From positions 448,001-512,000 of the forward strand of contig CAVSGM010000003.1 of assembly GCA_963727485.1 (NCBI GenBank): DNA of 64,000 nucleotides, given 5' to 3'. Each line of letters starts with the position of its first letter. The stretch's first letter is position 1. Of the stretch, positions 9,554 through 19,497 are shown in pieces. The DNA comes from an uncultured delta proteobacterium (GTDB lineage: Bacteria; Myxococcota; Myxococcia; SLRQ01). The translations under genes were made by a program, and so were the position numbers. Below the pieces are notes generated by a model, which ran no database searches, was not told the DNA's origin, and saw nothing but the letters and a program-made list of their open reading frames with translations.

Positions 9554-12053
9554 CTTCCGGATTCTTCTTCCCGCTGCCGCCCTTGCCCCCGGTGCGGCGA
9601 TCGTGGAGGAGCTGGAGGACGGCGGGCATCACGGTGAAGGAGACGACGAGGGTCGCGGTCATCCCCAGGCAGGCGAGGATGCCCATGGTCTGGAGGCCCC
9701 GGTGCGCCGCGGCGAGGAGCGCCGCCCACCCGGCGAGGGTGGTGAGGGTCGAGGCGGCGACGGCCTTGCCCACCGACCTCAGGGCCGCCCGGGGGCTGGT
9801 GCCCTCGTTGAACCGGTGCATCAGGTAGACGCCGTGGCTCACCCCGTAGCCGAGTACGATGGGGAAGACCACGATGTTCATGAAGTTGAGGCTCTCCCCG
9901 AAGAGCGTCATCGCCCCGAGCATCATCCCCACGCCCAGGACCAGCGGCAACAGCGCCACCATGGCCCCGGTGAACGAGCGCAGGTCGAGGAGCAGGATCA
10001 CCAGGAGCAGCACCGCGGTGATCGCCACCGCCACCTCGGCGTCGTGGAGCACGATGGTGGCGAGCTTGGCGTAGAGGATGATGAGCCCGGCGGTGTGGTA
10101 GGTCTCGTGGGGCCCGACCTGGAGGTTCTCCGCCTCGTGGGCGAAGTGGAGGATCTGCTTGCCGTCCCAGATGTTCACCGTGGGGTAGACGAAGGTCAGC
10201 CACCCATGGTTCTCGGGCTTGGCGCTGGGCAGGGCCTGGAAGCGCTGGAGGATGTAGTCGGGGAGGTCGTGGACGGTGTAGGGGTGCACGTCCAGGTACG
10301 AGAGGGCCTCGTGCCAGCGCTTCTGGATCTTCTCCGGGAGGATCGAGGGATTGATCTTGGCGAGCTCGGCCTTCCACTGCTCGATGATCTTGTAGTTGGC
10401 CGCCTGCTGCTTCGCCGGGGGCACGAAGGTGTAGACCGAGACCACCTGGTCGATGGCGTCGTACTTCCCGTCCTCGAGCTTGTCGTAGACCTTCTTCGCC
10501 GCCGTGAGCGTGGGGGTGAAGATCGCCGCCGGGTCGCTGGAGACCCCGAAGCGGTCGGAGATCATGTCGTTGAGCTCGATGGAGGCCTGGTGCTCCACCG
10601 CCAGGGTGCGGGTGTTGTAGTCGAAGCTCACCTTGGGGGCGAAGAGCGCGATGCCCACCGCCACCGTGAGGCTCAAGCCCAGGAGGAGCCGGGGGCGGGG
10701 GATGCGGTCGCTCTTGGCGGCGGCGGCCTCGGCGGCCGGGTCGAGGGTGCCCACCAGCTTGGCCGCCGTCCCCGGCTTCCACCGCTCCAGGACCAGGATC
10801 GCCGCGGGGATCCACACGTAGATGGCCACGCCGATGAGGAAGGTCCCGGCGCCGGCCAGAAGTCCGAACTGCGAGAACCCCCGGAAGCTGGAGAAGAGCA
10901 GGGAGAAGAAGGCGACGCCGATGCCCGCGGCGGAGATGAACGACGCCGGGCCCTGGTGGGTGACGGTCTGGTAGACCGCCTCGCGCACCGTGGGTTGGGT
11001 CGCGAGCTCCTCGCGCAACCGGTAGACCGCGTGGATCCCGAAGTCGATCCCGAGGCCCATGAGGATGCCGGCGAGCATCGAGGTGACCATGTTCAGCTCG
11101 CCCACCGCCAGGAAGGCGAAGCCGAAGGAGAGGGCCACGCCGAACATCAGCCCCAGGAGCACCAGGACCACCGCGCCCACCCGCCGGCGGAAGAACGCCA
11201 GCATCACCAGCACCACCCCGAGGAGCGCCAGGCCGCTCACCGGGATCAGCGAGCGTTTGATCTCGAACTGCTCGTCGTAGCCGAGCTTGTAGGAGCCGGT
11301 GAAGCCGTAGTCGATCCTGGCCTGGGTGGTGGGGTCGGCCTTGCCGTAGTCCTCGACCAGCTTCACCCCGTGGGCGTTGTCCTTGGAGTAGGCGGCGAAC
11401 TCGGCCCGGAGCTTCTTCACGAAGGCCCCGGTCTTGTTGAGGTCGGTGGAGTCCCACATGGGCTTCACCACCAGGATCAGCATCTTCTTGTCGTCGCTGA
11501 TCCAGTAGGGGTCGCTGATGTCCTTCTTGGCGACCTTCTTGTACTTGTCGATCAGGTCCTGGAGGTGGAGCTCGACGGGCTGGGTCTTCTTGATCTCGAA
11601 GTAGAAGGGATCGGCGCGGCGGATCCGGTCCTGGAGATAGGACATGACCCGGTGGTGGAGGGTCTCGAGGTCCTGGGTCTTCATGAACAGCAGCGCCCGC
11701 TTGCGCACGTAGCTGGAGTTCACCTTGTAGGTGACGTCGCGGACGTCCTGCTTGTCGGCCTCGAGCTTGCCGGCGAGATTGTCGGCGACGGCCTTGAGGG
11801 TCTTCTCGTCGGATCCGCGCAGGCCGATGATGAAGTGGCCGGCGCCGCCGACCATGTCCACCACCCGCTTGACGTCCTTGACCTCCCGGAGGCTCGGGTC
11901 GAGGAGCTGGAGCTGGTCGGCGTTGATGCGCAGCTTCGTGGCCAGGCCCAGGGAGCCGGCCACGACGGCGAGGAGGACGATGAGGGAGATGCCCGGCCGC
12001 CGCGACACGAGGTGCGCGAAGACCGAGGCCACGCGGGTCTCGAGGTTCTTCAT
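9534..12053 (-). CDS. MMPL/RND family transporter (HpnN-like)
   Basis: 839 aa, two multi-TM halves with large periplasmic loops; GLGIDFGIH and GYGVSHGVYL motifs. Confidence 0.85.
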   Translation of the reverse strand: MKNLETRVASVFAHLVSRRPGISLIVLLAVVAGSLGLATKLRINADQLQLLDPSLREVKDVKRVVDMVGGAGHFIIGLRGSDEKTLKAVADNLAGKLEADKQDVRDVTYKVNSSYVRKRALLFMKTQDLETLHHRVMSYLQDRIRRADPFYFEIKKTQPVELHLQDLIDKYKKVAKKDISDPYWISDDKKMLILVVKPMWDSTDLNKTGAFVKKLRAEFAAYSKDNAHGVKLVEDYGKADPTTQARIDYGFTGSYKLGYDEQFEIKRSLIPVSGLALLGVVLVMLAFFRRRVGAVVLVLLGLMFGVALSFGFAFLAVGELNMVTSMLAGILMGLGIDFGIHAVYRLREELATQPTVREAVYQTVTHQGPASFISAAGIGVAFFSLLFSSFRGFSQFGLLAGAGTFLIGVAIYVWIPAAILVLERWKPGTAAKLVGTLDPAAEAAAAKSDRIPRPRLLLGLSLTVAVGIALFAPKVSFDYNTRTLAVEHQASIELNDMISDRFGVSSDPAAIFTPTLTAAKKVYDKLEDGKYDAIDQVVSVYTFVPPAKQQAANYKIIEQWKAELAKINPSILPEKIQKRWHEALSYLDVHPYTVHDLPDYILQRFQALPSAKPENHGWLTFVYPTVNIWDGKQILHFAHEAENLQVGPHETYHTAGLIILYAKLATIVLHDAEVAVAITAVLLLVILLLDLRSFTGAMVALLPLVLGVGMMLGAMTLFGESLNFMNIVVFPIVLGYGVSHGVYLMHRFNEGTSPRAALRSVGKAVAASTLTTLAGWAALLAAAHRGLQTMGILACLGMTATLVVSFTVMPAVLQLLHDRRTGGKGGSGKKNPEDEQAAA

Positions 12054-12075
12054 CGGTGTACCGCGCCGGTGGGCG

Positions 12076-12669
12076 CTACTTCTTGGCGCCCTGCACTTCG
12101 GCGAGGCGCTTCTTCATGAGATCGAGGAGGTGGCTCATGCCGCCTTCGGCGAGGATGGGCTTGACCTGGTGATCGCGGATGTTGGTGAGCATCGACTCCC
12201 CCCCGGTGCCGAGCACCGTGACGTCCAGGACCTTCCACGCGCCGTGCACCTTCGTCAGGTCGTAGCGGACCTTGAGCTCCTCCTTCTTCAGGGGATTGAG
12301 GATCACGAGGGTGGAGTCGAGGGTCGCGGTGTCGCCCTTCACCTTGGGGGCGTCGTAGACGATGGTGGACAGGTACTTGAAGTTCGCCCGGATCTTGGGG
12401 AAGGCGATGGCGGCGAAGAGGTCGTGGAAGAGCTTCACGAACTGCTTCTGCTGCGCCGGCGTGGCCTTGTTCCAGGCGTCTCCGAGGAGGAACCGGCCCT
12501 CGGCGGGCCCGGCGAGGAACTTCACCGCCAGGGCGTCCTTCTTGTAGCGCACCGCGCCGATGAGGGTGCGCACCGGCTTCTCCACGGCCTTGTCGGCCTT
12601 GGCACTGGCCGCGACCGGGGTGAGGAGCAGGGCGGAAAGTACAAAGAAAACCGGAAGCTTGCGCGTCAT
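12076..12669 (-). CDS. MlaC/Ttg2D/HpnM-like periplasmic lipid-binding protein
   Basis: Signal peptide; WNKATPAQQKQFVKLF and WKVLDV motifs; first gene of the MMPL operon. Confidence 0.75.
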   Translation of the reverse strand: MTRKLPVFFVLSALLLTPVAASAKADKAVEKPVRTLIGAVRYKKDALAVKFLAGPAEGRFLLGDAWNKATPAQQKQFVKLFHDLFAAIAFPKIRANFKYLSTIVYDAPKVKGDTATLDSTLVILNPLKKEELKVRYDLTKVHGAWKVLDVTVLGTGGESMLTNIRDHQVKPILAEGGMSHLLDLMKKRLAEVQGAKK

Positions 12670-13092
12670 CTCGGGCTCCGTGGGAGAGCGGTGTCGGGGT
12701 AACCTAGCAGGATCGGCGCCGGCCGCAACAGCAACCAGCGTGGGACCCGGGCTTCGACGGCGCCCGCGGCAGAGGCTTCAATCAGACGCCAGCGCCTGCC
12801 TCGGTGCCACGCGGGTGCGCAGGTGTAGGCAGCGCCCGCACAGCGCCGCATGATGCATCGACCCCGCTTGTCGCCTACCTCGCGGCAGGTGGTAGCGTCG
12901 CGGCCCAGTAGCACAACGGGCGGGCCTCGGTTGGCCCGTCCCCGAACGCGCGGACGCTGGTGCCCACCCCCGCGTCCCCCCCTGACTGGGACCCTCGTGG
13001 GTCCCGACGCACGGGGCCGACGCCCGCGCAGAACGGCCGGAACCCCCGGCGCTCCATGCGCCCGCGGCTCCGGACCGCGATGGGAGAGTTAC

Positions 13093-14902
13093 ATGCGACA
13101 CGTGATCCAGACCCTGATGCTCGGAGCGGTCCTGGTGGCCGCGGGATGCAACCAGACGGTCCCCGGGCCGGTCAGCGGCGGGACCGGTGGCGGGACCGGT
13201 GGCGGGACCACCGGCGGCACGGTGACCGACGGCGGGACCGGTGGCAACACCGGCGGAGGCTCGGGCGGAGGCTCGGGCTCGGGCGGTGGCAGCGGCTCCG
13301 GCGGCGCCACCGACGGCGGGAGCACCGGCGGGACCGGCTCCGGCGGCGGGACCGGCTCCGGCGGCGGGACCGGCTCCGGCGGCGGGACCGGCTCCGGCGG
13401 CGGGACCGGCTCGGGTTCGGGCGGGGCCACCGGACCGGCGGCACGTCGGCACCGGCGGCACCGGCACTGGCGGCACCGGCACCGGCGGCACCGGCACTGG
13501 CGGCACCGGCACCGGCGGCACCGGCGGCTCCACGCCGGGCGCCAACGGCTGCGCCGACCTCCAGGTCACCCCGGACGTGAACCTCAACGGCTTCCAGAGC
13601 GACACCTACGCCTGGTACGACGCGAGCTGCCAGCTCCGCGAGGCGTGGATGGTCCACAACACCGTCCAGGACCCCTCCGGCCACTGGGGCGGCTACCTGC
13701 GCCGGCTGACCTACGTCGCCGACGGCCAGACCCGCACCTGCGACGGCTCGACCTCGAGCCAGCCGGGCTGGGGCTACACGGTGAACCACTTCGGCTCGAG
13801 CTCCACCAGCTCCCGCAAGGTGAAGGGCACCGCCGACCAGACGGTCTTCTCGGGCCACAACCACGCCATCCAGCAGTACACCTGGACCTTCCCCATCGAC
13901 GGGGGCCCGGTGACGGTGACCGTGGACTGGCTCTTCGCCACCGGCCGCGACAGCCCGGTGTGGGCGGTCACCTTCGACAGCTCGGCGGCGGCGGCCAACA
14001 GCATCAAGGCCGACACCCGCGCGCCCTACGGCGACCTCCAGTGGGACTACGGCCAGAACGCCGACGTGAGCGGCGTGGGCTGGGGCGACCGCTACAAGTT
14101 CGTCACCACCTCGACGCCGCTCTCGATGCAGAGCGGCTGGGACTACAGCCAGCCGAACACGGTCCCCTATGTGATCGAGTGGGCCGACTCGGTCGACGCG
14201 GAGATGGGCTCGGTCCAGACGGTGCCCTACACCCTCCACGACGCCGGCGGGTACTGGGACTACTCGAGCTGGGGCCAGACCAGCGCCAGCGGCCCCATGC
14301 CCCAGGACTGGAACTGGACCTACCAGCTCGACCAGTACGAGCTGCCCTTCACCCTCAAGAGCAAGCGCCTCGCCTGGGGCACCAACTACGGGGCGGTGGG
14401 CCAGACCGCGTACCCCGTGTACGGCGACGACGCCACCGCCGTCGGCTACCCGTACCAGAGCTACTCGGTCTACATGGTGCTGGGGAAGCACACCGACCAC
14501 CCGGTGGCCGGCAAGGTCGCCCAGGTGGAGGCCAGCCAGGACACCGCGCTCACCGCGACCGTGGGCCAGGTGGTGACCAAGGGCCCGGCGGGCCTCGCCC
14601 GGCCGGACACGGTGACCTACACCCCGGCCGGCTATGACCCGATCTTCGGCACCTGGAACCTCGACGCCGCCTCGAACCAGGTGGACGCGACCTTCGACGC
14701 CGGGACCGGCACCCTCAAGGCGCCGATCTTCGTCATCCACGGCTACACCGGGGCCGCCGGCTCCGAGACCGTGGAGGTCGACGGCAAGGCGCTGACCGCC
14801 GAGACCGGCTACTACGCCAGCGTCGACCCGGCCAAGCAGCTCCTGTGGATCACCCTGCCCGGGTCGTTCACCGGGAGCCACCACCTGCGCGTCGGCTTCT
14901 GA
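13093..14902 (+). CDS. Lipoprotein with a long Gly/Thr/Ser linker and an aromatic-rich beta domain (frameshift near 13435)
   Basis: MRHVIQTLMLGAVLVAAGC lipobox at 13093; G/T repeats continue in the frame of ORF 13241..14902. Confidence 0.65.
13175..13530 (+). repeat. Low-complexity coding repeats (GGTGSG and GTGGT units)
   Basis: Tandem GGCGGGACCGGCTCCGGC 18-mers and GGCACCGGCGGCACC-type 15-mers. Confidence 0.85.
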
Positions 14903-16335
14903 CGCCGGCGGCGGGCGGCTGCTGTGCCGGCCGCGGCGGCGCCTCGACCGGGGGCGCCGCCGCGTAGTGGGAGAGGATCTCCCCGAGCTGCCGGTCGTGG
15001 ACGGTGCGGTCGTACGCGGCCGCGTCGAGGAAGCCGCCGAGGGCCCGTTCGGCCCCGGCGGCTTCCGGCGTCCGTCCGTCCCCGTCGACCAGGTGGCTCA
15101 TCAGCTTCAGGAACGCCGCCGGCGGGTGGATGGCGTTGAGCGCCGGGTACTTCCCGGGCGCCTGCTTCCAGGTCCACATCGCCCACCCGGCGAGCCACCC
15201 GGGGCGCGCCGTGAAGCGCTCCAGGGTCCCGGCGACCATGGCGTAGGTGTTCTGCCCGAACTCCCCGCACCAGAAGGGCACGCCCTGGGCGCGGGCGATC
15301 CGGGCGTAGCGGTCGAGGTCGGCGCGGCGCCGGTCCCCCAGCCAGCTGTACAGGTGGAAGCTGTAGGCGGCGTTCGGGTCCAGGGGCTCGGTGAACATCG
15401 AGAAGTCCGTGGCGAAGCCCGACCCCTCGAGGATCACCAGGTGGCCTCGGTCCACCTCCCGGATCCCGTGGACGATCCGCCGGTAGAGGGCCACCAGCGC
15501 CTCCCCCGACGGCGGGTCCGGCTCGTTGAGGAGGTCGTAGCCCGCCACCACCGGGCTCGACGCGTACCGCGCGGCCAGCGCCCGCCAGAATCGCGACCGT
15601 CCGGTCCTGCGCCCTCTTCGACGCCCACAGCCGCTTCGGCCCGGTGGGATCCGAGGTGAAGATGGCGCTCTGCCCCCCGGGCGCCGCGTGGAGGTCGAGG
15701 ATCACGTACACGTGGTGGCGCCCGCACCAGCGGACGAGCGCGTCGAGGCGCGCCCACCCCGGCGCCTCCGGGCAGTCGAGGGCCCGGTAGTTGATGGGCA
15801 CCCGGACCACGTTGAGCCCCAGGGCGGCGATGGCGGCGACGTCGTCCTCGGTGACGAAGCGCCGGTACACCTGCCGCTGGAAGGCGCACGCCCGCCCCGC
15901 CCCGACGATCTGCGAGAGCCCGTCCCCGATGGCGCTCTGGGACTCGGTGGTCAGGTGCAGCACGCTCATCCGCGCCCCCCACGCCCACCCCTCCCACAGG
16001 AGCCACGCCCCGAGGTTCACCCCCCGCAGGGCCAGCGGCTTGCCGTCCGGGCCCACCAGGTGGGTGCCCACCCGGTGCACCACGGCGACGTGCGGCGCCC
16101 GCGGCTTCCCGTTCGGCGTGGTCGTCGTGTGGGGCGTGGTCGTCGTGTGCGGCGCTGGCGCCGTCGGCCCGGTGGTGCAGTGCGCCGGGCACACCCAGCT
16201 CTTCGGCAGTCGCGGGGCGCAGCCTCCAGCGCCTGCGCCGAGCCCTGCGGCGAGTGCCATGGTGAGGGCAAGGGCGCGGCCGGCCGCGGGGCGGCGGCAC
16301 CCTGGGTCGTGCGGTTCAAGGCGGTGGGGGGCCAT
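14868..16335 (-). CDS. Glycoside hydrolase family 5 lipoprotein (frameshift near 15590)
   Basis: LRGVNLGAWL, NVVRVPINY and LDLHAAPGGQ in one frame; catalytic DLLNEP, SFHLY and CGEFG in the next. Confidence 0.85.
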
Positions 16336-16452
16336 GGGGCGACACGTTAACCAGGTTCACCGCTGCGTGAGGACCGCCCGGGGACGGAGGCCCCTGGGGC
16401 GGCTAATTCAGCAGTGCTGTATTTCGGGCCGAGGGGGGCATCGGGACGAAGG

Positions 16453-19337
16453 TCACCCGGCGGCCCGGCGCAGGCGGCACAGGGCGCTCTTGAACTCGGG
16501 GGCGCCGCTGTTGGGCTCCACCACGTCGTGGGTGAGCACGTTGGCGATGGGGCCGGGGTGGGGCCGGGCGTCGCCCCAGGCCCAGTGGACGCTGACCACC
16601 TCCACCGGGCGGCCGTCGACGGTGAGCGGCGGGATGCGGCCGGTGACCACGGCCGGGAGGGTCACCTGGCCCCGGGCGGTCTCCACCACCACCGTCTCGC
16701 CGCCGCGGATGCCCAGGGCGTCGCCGAGGTGGCGGCTCACCTCCACGAAGGGGCCGGAGATGGCCTCGAAGAGGGGCGGGACGCGGGTGGTCACCGTCCC
16801 CGAGAGCCAGTGCTCGACCACGTCGTGGGTGGTGAGGACGTGGGGGTAGTCGGCGACGCGTCCCGCCTCGCGGACCACCCGCACCAAAGGCGAGATGGCG
16901 CGCTCGGGGTGGAGGAGGTTCCCGGCCGGGGACTCCACGGGCTCGTAGTGCTCGGGGAGGGGGCCGTCGAGGAGGACCTTGTCGACCACGGTGCCGTCGG
17001 GGGCGCGGTAGGGGCCCACGAAGAGGCGCGCGACCTGCTCGGCGAGGCGCTTGAAGACGACGGAGCCGGCGGGGGTGCCAGGGCCCTGGGTGGGGTCGGG
17101 GACGTCGGGGACGTCGACGCCGGTCCAGCGGCCCGCCTCGGCGTCCCACCACACGTAGGGGCGCTCGGCGTCGAGGGGCCGGCCCTCGGCGTCGGCGGTG
17201 GCGCGGTTGTAGAGGATGCGGATGTTGTCGGGCCAGGCGAAGGCCCATCCGGCGTGGGGGCCGGAGGCGTCTGCGGGAGGATCGGCGTCGCGGCGCTTCG
17301 TCCGGTTCTCGCCGCCGCCGAAGACGCCGGCGTAGAGCCACTGGCCGCAGGCGACCTGGCCCTCGGGCAGCCGCGCCACCTCCGCCGTCGATTCCAGGAG
17401 CCGGCCGGTCGAGAGGTCGGTGCCGTTGATCTCCTGGAGCACCCGCTCCTCGTCGACCCCCGGGTGGGCGGGCGAGGCGTAGTCCCAGGGGGCCTCGAGG
17501 AGGGGGCGGTCCTTCGGCTCGGGGCTCCCGGCGTAGGCGCGCTGCACCGCCCGGTGGAGGCCGTCGACGATCTCGGCGTCGCTGCGCGCCTCGCCGGGCG
17601 GGTCGATGGCCTGCTCGCCCCACTGGATCCACCGGCCGGAGTTGGTGATGGAGCCCTGCTTCTCGGCGCCGTAGGCCCCGGGGAGCAGGATCACCTCGGT
17701 GTCGACGGTCGACGGGTCGACGCCGGGGCGCTTCCAGAAGGCGGCGGTCTCGGTCTCGAAGAGGTCGATGACCACCAGGGTCTTCAGCCGCGCCAGCGCC
17801 GCGTGGATCGCCGAGGCGTTGGCGGCGCTCACCGCCGGGTTCTCGGCCAGCACCAGGTAGAGGTCGAAGTCGCCCTCCCCCATGCGCGCGAAGGTGTCGG
17901 GCCAGGAGTACTCGGCCGCCGGGCGGTCGATGCGGGGCAACCGATCGTAGCCTGCCGGCGAGCCGTACCAGGCGGTGCACAGCGCGGCGAGGCGCCGGCG
18001 CATCAGGGTGCCGTGGGCCTTTGCGTAGTCGTCGAGGGTGGCGAGGGCCTCGGTGGGCATCGCCAGGTAGCCGGGGAGGATGTGGGGCAGGGCGGCGAGG
18101 TCGGAGATCCCTGGACGTTGCTCTCGCCCCGGCAGGCGTTGAGGCCCCCGCCGGGCCGGCCCACGTTGCCCAGGAGGAGCTGGAGGATGGCGTAGCAGCG
18201 GATGGCCTGGGAGCCGGTGGTGTGCTGGGTCATGCCCAGGGCGTAGAGGATGGTGCCCGGGCGGTTCGCGACGAGCAGCTCGGCGATCTCCTGGATCTTC
18301 GCCGCGGGGATGCCGGTGATGCGCTCGGCCAGCTCGAAGGTGTAGCGGGCGAAGTGGGCGCGCATGGCGGCGAGCACCGTGCCGCCCGCCTCCAGGTCCT
18401 CGGCCCGCTCCGGGGTGCCGTCGGCGGCGAGGCGGTAGCCCCAGGTCTCGGTGTCGTAGCGGCCGGTGGCCCCGGCGTGCTCGGGCTCACGCCACCCGGT
18501 GAACAGTCCGTCGGCGAACCCGAAGCCGTCGTGGAGGCGGAAGGTCGCGTTGGTGTGGCCGGTGACGAAGTCGGCGTCGTAGGCCCGGGTCTCCAGGACG
18601 TGGCGGATGATGGCCCCGAGGTAGACGAGGTCGGTGCCCGGGCGGATCTGGGCGTAGGTCGTGGCCATGGCCGCGGTGCGGGTGAAGCGCGGGTCGACGC
18701 AGACGAGCTTCGCTCCGCCCTCGACCGCCCGCATCACGTGGCGGAAGCCCAGGGGGTGGTTCTCCGCCGGGTTGCCGCCGCCGACGAGGATCACCTTGGC
18801 ATTGGCGATGTCGGTCCAGTGGTCGGACATGGCCCCGAGGCCGAACGTGGGCGCCACACTGGCGACCGTGGGGCTGTGTCATATGGACGCCTGGTGCTGC
18901 AGGTGGTGGATGCCCCACAGCCGGAGGAGCTTGACCCAGAGGTAGACCTCCTCGTTCTCCACCGTGGCCGAGCCAAACGCCACCACCCGCTCGCACCGGC
19001 GCAGGGCCTCGCTCCAGGAGGCGTCGCGGACCTCGCGCAGGCGCGCGGCGACCTTCCCCAGGGCCTCGTCCCAGGTGAGGGTCCGCCACTCGGCGCTCCC
19101 GGGGGCGCGGTAGAGGGGCCGGGTGACCCGGTCGGGGGCGCGGTTCACCTCGGCGCTGGTCATGCCCTTGGGGCACAGCCGCCCGCCGTTGACCGGGTGC
19201 GCCGGGTCGCCGTCGAGGTAGACGAGGCGCCCGGCGTCGTCGACGTGGGCCTCGAGGCCGCAGCCCACCGAGCAGTAGTGGCAGCGGATGGGGACGGCGC
19301 GGGTGCCGTCGAGGCGGCCTGGCTGCGGCGGGGGCAC
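16453..19337 (-). CDS. fdnG: Selenocysteine-containing formate dehydrogenase alpha subunit (FdnG/FdhA-like); in-frame UGA at 18879-18881, frameshift near 18110; start approximate
   Basis: CHYCSVGC...LCPKG Fe-S motif; HQASI-UGA-HSPTV-PTFGLGAM matches the Fdh-N Sec site; NPAENHP, RGESNVQG, EKQGSITNSGRWIQW, PEHYEPVESP, PEFK. Confidence 0.9.
18850..18881 (-). promoter_or_regulatory. Candidate SECIS element of the fdh gene
   Basis: Coding strand TGA CAC AGC CCC ACG GT CGCCA GTG TGGCG: a short stem with a G/U loop just downstream of UGA. Confidence 0.7.
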
Positions 19338-19497
19338 GGCGCCGATCGTAGTCCACCGGCCGCCGCGGGGGAACGCCCTGGCCCGAGGCGCCGGGTTGCC
19401 TAACGTCACGGGAGAACGGCGTCGCTCACGGACCGGGGGGACCGGGGGAGGGTGGCGCCCGACGGCGGGCCGCCGGTGCTCGCCGGAGAGGAGAGCC

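Noticed and set aside
931..12119. Very long antisense or alternate-frame ORFs (e.g. 931..3789, 5810..8845, 9459..12119)
   Set aside because: Shadow ORFs typical of high-GC DNA; they overlap well-supported genes and have no motifs.
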